Part shown: piece by piece, positions 30,659-42,200 of the stretch | Layout: every line of letters begins with the position of its first letter | How positions within the stretch are numbered: the first letter of the stretch is position 1 | Source of the DNA: Candidatus Thalassarchaeaceae archaeon | Lineage (GTDB): Archaea; Thermoplasmatota; Poseidoniia; Poseidoniales; Thalassarchaeaceae | Assembly: GCA_030747475.1 (NCBI GenBank) | Contig: JASLKO010000180.1 | Span: 31,631-95,630 of the forward strand | Length of the DNA stretch: 64,000 nt | Reading direction: 5' to 3' | Program-made: the position numbers and the translations under genes | Notes under the pieces: model-generated | Told to the model about the DNA's origin: nothing | What the model saw: the letters and a program-made list of their open reading frames with translations, nothing else | Databases searched by the model: none

Positions 30659-31287
30659 TCACGTTTCCCGATTGGAACCCACAAGATTTCATCTTCTCCA
30701 AGGACTGCGGTAATCCATCGACCTAGTACAAAGAACCAATCTGAAAGTCGATTTAGATATGCGATGACATCACTCCGAACCGCACCATCACCTTCTAAAT
30801 CACGTACCCTTATTGCAACCCTTTCCACACGCCGAGTCACCGTTCGCGCCAAATGGATTGTTGCAATTAATGGAGAGCCGGCAGGAAGAATGAATGATTC
30901 CAATGGAGTTAGATCCGTGAGCCAGGCGTCCATATCTTCGCAGAGTTGGTCTGCTTGTTCCATGCTAATGACTCCCATCCCTTCAGGCAAGTCATTGGGA
31001 TGACAAGCACACTCCCCTCCAATATCGAATAATTCCTGTTGAAGATGAGCAAGTTTCGGTTCTGCAGAATTTCTTACCCGACGAACGGTTGCACGCAAAC
31101 CTCCATCAGAATGTCTACCATCGACACGTTCCAATTCTGCACGGACTAAACCGACTACAGCATTCAATTCGTCAATGGTCCCGAATAATTCTAAGCGCAC
31201 ATGACTCTTAGGAACCCGTTCCCCTGAGAGTAGTGATGACTCTCCAGTATCTCCACCTCCGGTATGGACCTTAGTGATACGAACCAT
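30655..31287 (-). CDS. pduO: ATP:cob(I)alamin adenosyltransferase, PduO type
   Basis: KVHTGGGDTGES, GTIDELN, FILP, ARTVTRRVER, YLNRLSDWFF; start moved to ATG 31287. Confidence 0.92.
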   Translation of the reverse strand: MVRITKVHTGGGDTGESSLLSGERVPKSHVRLELFGTIDELNAVVGLVRAELERVDGRHSDGGLRATVRRVRNSAEPKLAHLQQELFDIGGECACHPNDLPEGMGVISMEQADQLCEDMDAWLTDLTPLESFILPAGSPLIATIHLARTVTRRVERVAIRVRDLEGDGAVRSDVIAYLNRLSDWFFVLGRWITAVLGEDEILWVPIGKRD

Positions 31288-31336
31288 GGACAACCCCAAC
31301 CTAAGGGAGGGGGTACACATCATGGGCCTTTCGCAA

Positions 31337-31717
31337 TCATCGATTGTCAATTATTGGGCGAGTGATGGGTGGAATTTCAACCCTAGAACTCAAATTTTCT
31401 TCTCGTTGTTTACGAACAGTTCTCCCTTCTTTTATTCGAGTCAAAACAAGGAGGCCGAATAGAACCCAAATACTCAATTCAAGAATCAATAGGACCCAAT
31501 ACCATGCTCCCAATGATGAGAGCATGGCCGAGGCATCATATGGTCCCCCATTGATTCCCATGTATAGGGCTTGAGAGAGTAGATTTGCACTGAACCAAAC
31601 CACAACAACGGCCCAAGCAAATCGGACACCGTGTGCTTTCAATTCCCTTCGCAGAATCTTTTCACCCGTATTATTCTCACTTTCAAGATATTTTAACCCA
31701 TACATGAGCAGACCCAT
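31337..31717 (-). CDS. Small two-TM hypothetical protein
   Basis: Two hydrophobic helices; fills the gap in a co-oriented run. Confidence 0.55.
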   Translation of the reverse strand: MGLLMYGLKYLESENNTGEKILRRELKAHGVRFAWAVVVVWFSANLLSQALYMGINGGPYDASAMLSSLGAWYWVLLILELSIWVLFGLLVLTRIKEGRTVRKQREENLSSRVEIPPITRPIIDNR

Positions 31718-31739
31718 GGGTCCCCTCGGTTTTTACCCC

Positions 31740-32456
31740 TTATTCCGATTCAGAAATCGGCACGCGCAAGCGCTTTATGCACGATTCAACCTTCTGAATC
31801 CAAGCGTTATTGACTGAATCTTCACCACCAAGTCGTTCTAATCTTTCAGCATGGTGTGCAGCGGCGGTAGTTTCACCTCTCATCTCGTGAATCCTAACCA
31901 ATGCAGCATGACTCATTGCATCTAACCAATTTTCTTCAGTATGCCATGATTTTTCAAACATTGAAATCGCACCGCGATCGCCATCAATCAGCCCCCGTTC
32001 TAACTGCCTCAATGCTGCTTGGGACCACGTGATACCTTGTACTCCGATGATTAGCCCTTTCCAAAAAAGAAACATTTCCAGTAAGATGACTAAAGTCGCC
32101 AAAATAAATCCAAAGATTTGTTCCGTTTGATCATAATCCCCCCATGCTCCAGTGAGAATAGAAACAGTTCCTGCTGCGAGCCACATTCCAGTAAATGGTG
32201 CCACAATTACGTCAGTTTTCTGTATAGATGTATAGCGAACACCAAACATTACTCCGATACCACCAACTAATGCTGCGATTAATCCTGGCAGATCTGGATC
32301 AGTATTTCGTGGGGATTGCGTCGCAATCGCTAGAATCCCAGTGATTCCGATCATTGCCCATGCCCATCGTCCTCCGATTTCAGGAAATGGTTGTGCTCGA
32401 CTCATCCAAAGTAACAATGCGGAAGTACCACCTAGAAAGGCAACCCATTCCCACAT
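31740..32456 (-). CDS. Multi-TM hypothetical protein with C-terminal TPR-like helices
   Basis: About five TM segments then an amphipathic helical tail; start moved to ATG 32456 to avoid overlap. Confidence 0.65.
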   Translation of the reverse strand: MWEWVAFLGGTSALLLWMSRAQPFPEIGGRWAWAMIGITGILAIATQSPRNTDPDLPGLIAALVGGIGVMFGVRYTSIQKTDVIVAPFTGMWLAAGTVSILTGAWGDYDQTEQIFGFILATLVILLEMFLFWKGLIIGVQGITWSQAALRQLERGLIDGDRGAISMFEKSWHTEENWLDAMSHAALVRIHEMRGETTAAAHHAERLERLGGEDSVNNAWIQKVESCIKRLRVPISESE

Positions 32457-32482
32457 GTACTGGGTGCGTAGGCATTCGGTTT

Positions 32483-32827
32483 TCAATCCATTCCAGTCGG
32501 CCCGTTGGGAACACCATCGTCTCCTCTCCAACCGGGCTGCCAGAATTCTTCATCGTCTAACCATTCCAACCATTCTTCAGCGTTCGCACGTAATAGGCGA
32601 TATGCACGTCGTTCCAACCCCTCATGGAGTCCATCACCGATCTCACTGTTTTTCCATGCATCTTTCCACTCAATTTGCATTTGTTGCAATCTTCGTTGCC
32701 CCTCAGTAGGATTGTCAAAGTGACGTTCACACATTTCTCTCAAGTCAGAAATCCAAGTCCGCGCCCCTTTCATGTGTGGATTATCAATCATGGGTTTCAC
32801 CCGTCGCTTGAATGGCCACCAACCCAT
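32483..32827 (-). CDS. Trp-rich hypothetical protein
   Basis: Intact ORF with protein-like composition, divergent from rlmH. Confidence 0.6.
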   Translation of the reverse strand: MGWWPFKRRVKPMIDNPHMKGARTWISDLREMCERHFDNPTEGQRRLQQMQIEWKDAWKNSEIGDGLHEGLERRAYRLLRANAEEWLEWLDDEEFWQPGWRGDDGVPNGPTGMD

Positions 32828-32905
32828 GTTATGTCCTTCTTGCCACACCTATTGAGCCTTCGCACAAGCCCCAAGTCTGATGATACCCAATCATGCCGCA
32901 GAACC

Positions 32906-33343
32906 ATGGCGCGAATTGTTGTGCATACACATGGGAAGGCGCGCGAGAAAGGGTATGTTCATCTGATTCGCAAGTATGCTGAGCGTTTAGAGGCTCGCGG
33001 TGTCACATTATCTTCACATTCTGATCGATTGGATCATGACGCCTATATTGACAAAATTACCCAAGCGGCGTCGAACGGCCATCTCATATTATTGGACGAA
33101 AATGGTGAAAGTGGAACAACAAACTGGTTCGTTGGAAAATGGAATGAGTGGAGATTGTCAACAGAATCGATTCACCTTGCAATTGGACCCGTTGATGGTT
33201 TCAATTCAGAAGTTACACTTGCTCACGAAACAATTTCTCTCGGGCCCATGACACTGACATATGAGATGGCAGCCGTAATTTTGTTGGAACAGTTGTATCG
33301 GGCCAGCGAAATCGAGCGTGGTTCCCCCTACCATCGGGATTAA
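32906..33343 (+). CDS. rlmH: 23S rRNA pseudouridine-N3 methyltransferase (SPOUT, RlmH family)
   Basis: ILLDENG, IGPVDGF, SLGPMTL, LEQLYRA..I.RGSPYHR; start moved to ATG 32906. Confidence 0.88.
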   Translation: MARIVVHTHGKAREKGYVHLIRKYAERLEARGVTLSSHSDRLDHDAYIDKITQAASNGHLILLDENGESGTTNWFVGKWNEWRLSTESIHLAIGPVDGFNSEVTLAHETISLGPMTLTYEMAAVILLEQLYRASEIERGSPYHRD

Positions 33344-33730
33344 TCAACACTCGACATATTCCCCAGTATCTAGATTGGTTGCGATGTCTACAATTTCATT
33401 TTGAGTATTAACATGTACAATTGTTGGAACATGTTCCTCAACGAAGTTGGATGGAATACCTTGGTATGTGATAAGAATAACAAGATTGCCAGGTTGAACT
33501 AAATGTGCAGCCGCTCCATTGATACAAATGCGACCAGATCCAGCAGGCGCCTTGACAACATAAGTTTCCAATCGTGCACCATTCGTAACATTCAGAACGT
33601 GTATTTTCTCCCATTCTTCAATACCTGCGGCTTGCAATAAATGTTCATCGATTGATATTGAACCGATGTAATCTACATCAGCATGAGTTACCGTAGCACG
33701 ATGTATTTTTGAGCGCATGACAAATCTCAT
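33344..33730 (-). CDS. panD: Pyruvoyl-dependent aspartate 1-decarboxylase
   Basis: SKIHRATVT, YIG/SISID autocleavage site, NGARLETY, INGAAAHL. Confidence 0.95.
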   Translation of the reverse strand: MRFVMRSKIHRATVTHADVDYIGSISIDEHLLQAAGIEEWEKIHVLNVTNGARLETYVVKAPAGSGRICINGAAAHLVQPGNLVILITYQGIPSNFVEEHVPTIVHVNTQNEIVDIATNLDTGEYVEC

Positions 33731-33796
33731 GATTCCCCTCAAACTGAGTGAACCAACGACCCCATATCAATCTCTCTCAATGTCATTGACATCAAA

Positions 33797-36082
33797 TTAG
33801 AGCCGTTGTCGAGAATGGCGCTGCGCTTCGACTGCACAAATTGCTGCCATGTGGACAACATCTCGTGCAGCATCCCCTCGTTGTAATACGTGTACTGGTT
33901 TTGCCATTCCTTCTAGAATTGGACCAGTCATTTCAGCATCTCCCAGTCTTTGCAAGAGTTTGTATGAGATATTTGCAGCTGGAAGGTTTGGACAGATGAG
34001 TACATTTGCCGGACCTCCAAGCGTCATGAATGGATAATCCTCCTGTATGTCTGGAACCAACGCAGTATCTGCTTGCATTGGCCCATCGATGATGAGTGTT
34101 GGATCTAATTCCCGAGCAATTTCTAATGAGTCCTCAACACGTTCACTTCGCTATGCACCCGATGATCCAAAGTTGGAGAATGATAGTAGTGCCACCCGCG
34201 GCTCAATTCCAAATCGCTTCGCCACCCGAGCTGTTTGTATTGCAATTTCAGCCAATGTTCTAGCGTCGGGGTAGATGTTGATGGTCGCATCCCCGATGAA
34301 CATCACTTTTCCTTTGACAGTCATCATGTATGTTCCAATGACACGATGTGCATTACTGTCAGTACCAATGGTCTCAAGACACGGCCGTAAGAAATCAGGA
34401 TAATGTCTCGAAATGCCCCCGATGATTCCATCAGCATCTCCCATTTCCACCATCATCGAACCGAAATATGTACGCGATTTGAGGAGCCGTTTTGCATCTG
34501 GCCTTGTGACACCTTTTCGTTCTCTCTTTTTGTGTAATTCATCAGTATAAATCGAAGATCTGCGAGGGTCTTCTCGAGGATCGATCATTTCACATTCAAA
34601 TTCAAGTCCCAATTCTTCCATGACCGCTTCGATTTCGTGATGCCTGCCCAACAATACGGGCTCACAAATTCGTTCTTGGATACATTGCGCAGCAGCTTTG
34701 ATCATCGTTGGATGGTCACCCTCACAGAAGACTATCCGCTTTCGTTCACGAGCGGCTTGATCCATCACTCCACGCATAATTGAACGAGTCAACCCAAGTC
34801 GACTTTCCAATTCTTTTTGATATGTTTCGATATTGAAAGATCTGGCAATCTCGGGCGGAGTCAAACCTTCAGCAACCGCTGCCTGTGCAACTGCACTTGC
34901 TTCCCAAATGAGTACTCGAGCATCGAATGGTTTCGGAATCAAATATTCTGGTCCAAATTGAATTTGTTCCCCTCCATATGCTGCTGCGACATCGTCAGGC
35001 ACAGGCTCTCTCGCAAGTTTTGCAAGGGCTTGTGTTGCAGCCATTTTCATGCCTTCCGTAATTTCGGTAGCAGCGACATCTAGGGCTCCTCGGAAGATGT
35101 ATGGGAATCCGAGAACATTGTTGATTTGATTGGGATAGTCTGAACGCCCCGTAGCCATAATCGCATCATCACGTACTCTAGCAACTTCCTCAGGCATGAT
35201 TTCAGGCGTAGGATTTGCGAGAGCAAAAATGAGTGGGCGGCTTGCCATTCGCTTGACCATTGCACCCGTTACAATTCCACCTTTCGAGAGTCCTAAGAAC
35301 ACATCCGCACCAACCAAAGCATCGCCAATACTCCCATCGGGAACATCTCGAGCAAATTTTGCTTTGTAGCGATTTAATTCAGCCGCATCCTTACGCTTCT
35401 TCGTCATGATTCCTCCCGAATCACAGATGAGGAGATTCTCTTTTCGAACACCAAGTTGAACATAATGCGCTGCACAAGATAGTGCACTTGCACCGGCACC
35501 AGATATTACCACCTTGATTTGTCCAATATCTTTGTTCACAACCTCAAGCCCATTCAGTAGGGCCGCACCTGAAATAATCGCGGTTCCGTGCTGATCATCA
35601 TGCATCACCGGAATATCAAGCTCCTTGACCAATCTCTTTTCGATTTCAAAACATTCAGGTGCTTTGATGTCTTCTAGGTTAATCCCCCCGAATGTCGGAG
35701 CAATTCGCTTGACGGTGTTTACAAATTCATCAACGTCTTCAGTGTCAATTTCAATATCGAATACATCGATGTCTGCGAATGCTTTGAACAGCAATCCCTT
35801 CCCTTCCATCACAGGTTTACTGGCAACAGCTCCAATATTTCCAAGTCCCAGTACAGCAGTACCGTTACTAATGACAGCGACCAGATTACCTTTGGATGTG
35901 TATTGATTTGCTTTCCCAGCATCTTTCTCAATTTCAAGACAAGGATATGCGACTCCTGGAGAGTATGCCAATGACAAATCTCTCTGGGTTGCATGGGGTT
36001 TTGTCGGCACGACAGTGATCTTTCCCCGAGGGCTTGCTGCGTGATAGTCCAACGCGTCCTTGCGGAGTTGTTCATCGCTCAG
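33797..36082 (-). pseudogene. maeB: NADP-dependent malic enzyme with phosphotransacetylase-like domain, interrupted by an in-frame TAG at 34151-34153
   Basis: LAYSPGVA, KPVMEGK, INLEDI, HDDQHGTA, TGRSDYPNQ; reading through TAG gives FGSSGA*RSERVEDSLEIARELDPTLIIDGPMQAD in frame. May be an intact gene with a base-call error. Confidence 0.85.
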
Positions 36083-36192
36083 AGTTCACCCTCCCCTTTT
36101 CGACGGGCTGGCATTCCCCATATCCACCTTCCGCATGAACAATGCCTGTATCCGATGGTTTCGCCCTACGGGCGAGAAAACGGACAGAAACA

Positions 36193-36226
36193 ACTCAACT
36201 TTTTGAGTGGTATACTGTGTATACCA
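36193..36226. promoter_or_regulatory. Two adjoining palindromes in the divergent maeB / surface-protein intergenic region
   Basis: ACTCAA-CTTT-TTGAGT (36193-36208) and TGGTATAC-TGT-GTATACCA (36208-36226). Confidence 0.45.
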
Positions 36227-36279
36227 TGTAACACATCCAACCATGACCTTCAAATGGTGTTGCAAAGCCAGTGTGTCCC

Positions 36280-39200
36280 ATGAGTGCACCCTCTCAGGCT
36301 CAGTACCCTCTTTCCAGTAAGAGACGGGCCCTCACCCTAGTCACCATCATGTTGTTGGCATCCTGGCTCCCTCTTGGTAGTCCGTGGGTTGCAAGTGCAC
36401 ACGTCGGCATAGTCGCAGAATGGGGTTCAGAAGGCACCAATGATACAGGTTGGATACGAATGGATGCCGCGACCACAGCGACTGATACCCAGAGCGCTAT
36501 GGACAATCTCATGCTCAATTTTGCACCAGGCGCTGTCATTGACAACTTGACCTTTGAAGTGCGAGTTAATGGTTCAGATGGAATTTGGGCAGATCAACCA
36601 CAACTCCTCCTCCCTGATGCTCCAGCGAGTATTCTTGATTGGAGAGGCCTTGGTGGATTCGGCGTACAAGACAACTTCATCGGTGCAGATCCACATTCGA
36701 GCCGTCTTTCCCCCAATAGTGATTCAAATGCAGGTTGGGTTTTGCCTGGTGGTTCCACTGTGACTGATGTGGTCATTGAGGCACTTAGGCCCGCTGACCC
36801 TCTCATCTCAATGCAACAGATTAACGTGGAAATTACAGATTCTGAAACCCATCCAATTGATGGCCGATTGTATTTCGCAACAGCCGATGCTTTGGTTCAA
36901 GTTGATTTCCAAAACACTCCTCCAGTGATTGAAGTTAACTTTCTCCAAGAGGATATTTTGGACATGACAATCGATGTCTCACAGGATTACCTCCATGTGG
37001 CATGCACAGATGGACAAATTCGTGTATTCTCCCTAACTGATAGTTCTCTTGTTGGTAATTACACGAGCCCATTTGGTGAGGCTGTACACCAACTTGAATC
37101 AGTTGGCCCTGGTTCTTTGGTCGCTACTAATGGTGAAACACTGTGGGACGTAACGATTACCTCCACTCTAACATCGACTTGGATTGACTTGGGCAATCTC
37201 GCTACAGATGGTTCTCCTGCTACGGATTTACTTGTCGTCAGCACAGATGTCTGGGTGGCCACAGATGGAGCTGGATTGTTCCACTATGGTAGTGGTGGAA
37301 TGGGTATTCAACAATATGACACCCAAAATGCTCTACCCAGTGACCGTGTTGTTGACCTAGAGATGGCAGGCACTCATCTTCTCATCGCTACAGCAGATGC
37401 AGGAATCACCCGCCGCGACCTCTCAACCAATTCTTGGCTAGCCACATGGAACAGTGGAAATTGGCTTGCTAGTGATGATATTGCTCAGATGTCCTCCATC
37501 GATGGATGGGTTCACATCATTGCGGGTGACACTGTACACTCATACAATACGACCAGCCTCTCTTTCCTTAGTTCGTGGACAATGAATAACTTGGATCTCT
37601 CACGAGATTCAGGAAACGCCCTGATACCATGGCATGGCGGGGGCTCGCGTGCACCCGTGCACCACAGCGTCCTTGTGGGCGATGGTTCGGGCACATTCAC
37701 TATTTTGAACCCTCACACGCAAGGTAGTGGTGGCAATCAAGGCACTTGGCAACAAATGGTATTCGCGACAGGTCCAACTGAAGATGATATGCAAGATGCA
37801 GTTGAACTGAATGGTATTCTTTACATTGCAGCTGGGGAGCAAGTTGAACGATTTGATTTGAATCGAAACCGTTGGTTACTACCATTGAAAGGCGACATGA
37901 ATCCATATGCTAGTGATGTCCTTTGTATTACGACTGACGGCTCAGATCTCTTCATTGGAACGAGCACGGCAGGAATCATTCAGATCACGTTGAATGGCAC
38001 CGTTGTGCAATCTCAAAACGCCGCCCAATGGCAAACATCTGATGGTCTTTCAGCAAACGAAGTAACTGACATCGCATACGAACCAGGCACAGGACAGATT
38101 GTATCTATTCACCCATCTTCTGGAATTTCTGTGGTTAATCCCTTAAGTGGAATTATCACTCAAACATGGACGACATTCAATGGCCTTAGTTCAAACAATA
38201 TGAATGCATTAACCGTTCGAGGCGGAATCGCCTATGCGGGGACAAGTAACCAGGGAATCGAACGGATTGACATCACGAATGTCACACGCCTTACACCTTG
38301 GACATCGACTGGGATGGATGATGTAGATTCCATGCCAATTGCTACAGATGGAACCATGCTCTATCTTGGTGTGTACGGCTATGGAGTCATTGTTTACAAT
38401 TTGAGTTCAGGTGAACAAACCGATCTTTGGCAAAGAACGGGCGGTAATGGCCCTGGTCAAGGAAATCAAATCCCTTCAAATAACGTACTTTCACTTGCTG
38501 TATTGAGTTCAGGGACAGTACTTGTTGGGACAACAAATGGTGGCGCACAACACACGTCCGCAGGTTGGAGTCAGATGGGTAGTACTGGAAATGAATTTGC
38601 CGACGAATTTTACGATTGGGATTTTGATAATCAATACATCTACGCCGCTACAGAAACAGGTGTTTGTCAATGGACCAGATCAGGTCTTGCCTTCCAGAAA
38701 TGTTGGGATGACAATCCAGATGGTTTGCCGGCGCAATTTGCTTATTCCATTGAATTGATTGAACCGGGCAGAATTTGGGTTGGTCACAACGAAGGTGCTG
38801 GTGTCATCGATGTAACCAATGACACAGTCATCAAAGCATGGCAAGCCGGGGTTGAAACAAACAATGCGAAGACCATTGTAATCGGCGATGTGGCTTACAT
38901 TGGTTACGATGGTGTGGGTGTTCTACGATACGATCTGATTACGGATGAGTGGCTATCTCCATGGGATGCAGTCACCACAAATTTGCTTGAGAGTAACGGT
39001 GTGACGGCAATGGTTCAGGATATCGATCCAAATCGACTGTGGGTCGGTGGCGACATGGGCTTGAATCTCATCGATGTCGTCAATGCAACCCTAGTCGTTG
39101 ATTGGGATTCAGGCACCAATACTGGAGGCATCACGCTATCCAATCAGGAGCCCGGTGAATTGGTCATCATTGGAGATACAATGTACTACATGCAGGTACG

Positions 39201-42200
39201 ATTCGGGAACAATGGATACTCCTCAAATGACAATGTTTACCGTTACGATATTGCCAATATGACTCAACTCTCAACTCTCGATGTTGGTGCGTCGGAAGGA
39301 TACACTGCGATTGTCCACGGAATGGGTGCCGTTGGTGATATCATACATTTCGGAATTTCATCAACTCAACAATGGTGGGAAAGTGGACACATGGTACGGT
39401 GGAATCACACCAGTGATAGTTGGATGGATTCCATCGAGTCCAATGGCTTGGTTGAACGAGTCAATGCTAATTTCGCTGGTGATTGTAACCCAACACCAAC
39501 AAATTGCCATCTCTATGCAGCCTATGGTAACACCCCCCTCCATCAAATTGACATGAATGGAAATCTTGTCCAATCATGGGACGATTCAGTCATTGAAGGA
39601 CCCATTCGCGGTATCATCACATGGGATGGCGCAGTACTCTTTGGAACCGAGGACGGCATTGCTCGCTACAATTATTCAAGCAATTCATGGCTCTCTGATT
39701 GGACGGAGAACAATGGTCTTCCGAACAATGTTGAGAATGCCGTATACTCGATGAAAGTCATTGGCGATGATCTATGGGTCTCAACGATGGCAACCAGTGG
39801 CTGGAATCGGAACTCCAAGATTCTCCAACTTAACGGCACATCTGGTCAGTGGACTGCACACGATGTGGGTAGTGGCCAAATCCCAGAAGGATATGGCGCG
39901 GACATCGGTGTATGCAACGACATCGTCCACATCGCCCTGAATCGCTGGGCAGGGTGGGGTAGTCAAGGCGGTGTAGCACGATATGACCTAAACAGTAGTA
40001 CTTGGCTCCCCGATTGGAATCAAGGAAGTTCTGGTGGATTGCCACATGACAATCCTGTTGCAATCGCTTGTGATGAGGCCTACGACATCGTGTATATCGG
40101 ATTCGAAGAAGGCGATGGAAGTATTTCTCGTTATGATTATGTCAATTCTCAATTCCTTAGACTCATTGATGAAGATGATAATGTCATCAGTGAGCCAATT
40201 TTCCCTGGTGCCATGTATCACTATGGTGGCGGCCTGATCGTGGGGCACTACGACAATGGAGGCCTTACACTTGTGACAACATCTGCCACCCTTATCACGA
40301 GCATTATTCCGTTCAGTACTGGCTCAGAGGCAACTAGCATTTCTCCAGTTCCAAACGGTGGACCGTTTGAATTCGCAATTGGGCGAGCCGGTGGTTCAAG
40401 CGGCTACAATCGAGTTGATCAATTGGATCAAACAGGATTGATTCCAGGCGCATGGGACAATCTAGCGACACTGTCTACTGGACGAGTCGCAGAGTTCACA
40501 GGCAATGCTACCCACATTTGGGTCGCGCCAATCGACGACTACTACTCGACATATGGTTCTGCCATCCTTGAGGGCATCTACCAAGCAAACGGCAGCATCG
40601 AGTGGACACGTGCTTGGAATCTGAACTCATTATTGGTCAACGAGATGACTCTCGATGGAGACACTCTGTGGGTATCGACTTCTGGATTGGGGTTGCATCA
40701 GATTGATTTGACAACGAGTAATTATTCTTTCACTGGATTCCCATTACATGGTCAGATGGATGGCATGGATTGGTACGGTAACGAATTAATTGTGGGCCTC
40801 ATGGGCACGCCCTCGACTGCTGCAGGAGTACAGCGCTTTGACACCACTACTGGACAGTGGGGCGCCGGGCGAATTGCCGCAGGTCTACCAAGCAATTTCG
40901 TTCGCGACTTTGAGAAGATAGGAGACTTGGTTTACATCGCCACCCTTGCGGGCATTGGAGTATGGAACCTATCTGCAGATGATTGGGGGGATCCAATGAC
41001 CACCGCTGACGGCCTTCCCACACCGTTCATCGAATATTTGGATTCAGACAATGGCATCCTCATCATTGGCACACCTTCTGGTCTGATGTCCTACGAACCA
41101 GGAGTTGGGATTGGGCAAATGTATGGCCGCAATCAGGGATTAGTAGGTGATTCAGTTGATGGTATTGCCAAGATTACTGACCCGACAACAGGCCAAGTTA
41201 CTCTGTTTGTTAGCCATGATGGAGAGGGCCCAACTCGCCCTGGATTCAGCGAAGTCATTCCGCTGACCCAACCAGGGACTAGTTTTGGCTACAGGGTTCT
41301 AGATACTACTTTGATTGATGTTTTACCAAGTAATCTGATTACAGCTTTGGCTAGTGATTGGTGGGGTGTACACATTGCAACCAGAAGCAATCCATTGATG
41401 CATTGGAATGGTACCTCTGCAGAAATGGAACAAGGTTCCCCCTCGTCATCTCTGGCGTCTTGGCCAGTAGTTCATATGGATAGCAATGGTCAACACGTGA
41501 TTGCAATTTCAGAATTAGGTGTCGATTTACTCGACGTGACAGGCAATTTCCATACTGCTAGCCCCCTGACATCGTATGCAGGCTTTACGCGTGGAACCAT
41601 CACCTCTTCTGGCGTTTATGTTGTCGGGAGCGATGGATTACACGTGTGGAGTGGGCACCCTTCATTCATTGAGAAGAACCGATCAAACATGCGTAGAGCT
41701 GAACCGTTAATGATTAACTTCGGAGGCGACACCTTCGATGCTACCGAAGAAGCACGCCCAGGGAATCTCATCACGTTGGTTGATGCAAGTAATCCAGTCA
41801 TCCTCCCGATGTTTGGTACCGCTGGACCAGGAAACATTCCAATGACCCAAGACATGCTCACTCTAACCAGCCCAGTATCGAATGCAGCAACATGGGTCTC
41901 AAGTTCTAGATTGAATTATTCAGGTACATGGGATTTAGCAGCATTAGATTCTACATTGCAAGCAACAGTTCAGGTTGCCATTGACAACAGTCAACTAACA
42001 ATACAGGGCCGCAACCTCCACATTCAATTCCAGTCCCCACGAAATGGCTCTCTTGAGATTCGTTTAACCTATGATTGGGTACGAGCAGAATCCCCAAGTG
42101 AGATGATTGATCTCTTTGATCGTCCCAATGATGGGGGGGGGATTCTTGTTGCACAATGGACAGTGACTCAAGATCACACGTTCAACGCATACCGCATCTA

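Noticed and set aside
33797-34078. Separate 93-aa phosphotransacetylase gene
   Set aside because: It is the in-frame C-terminal remainder of maeB.
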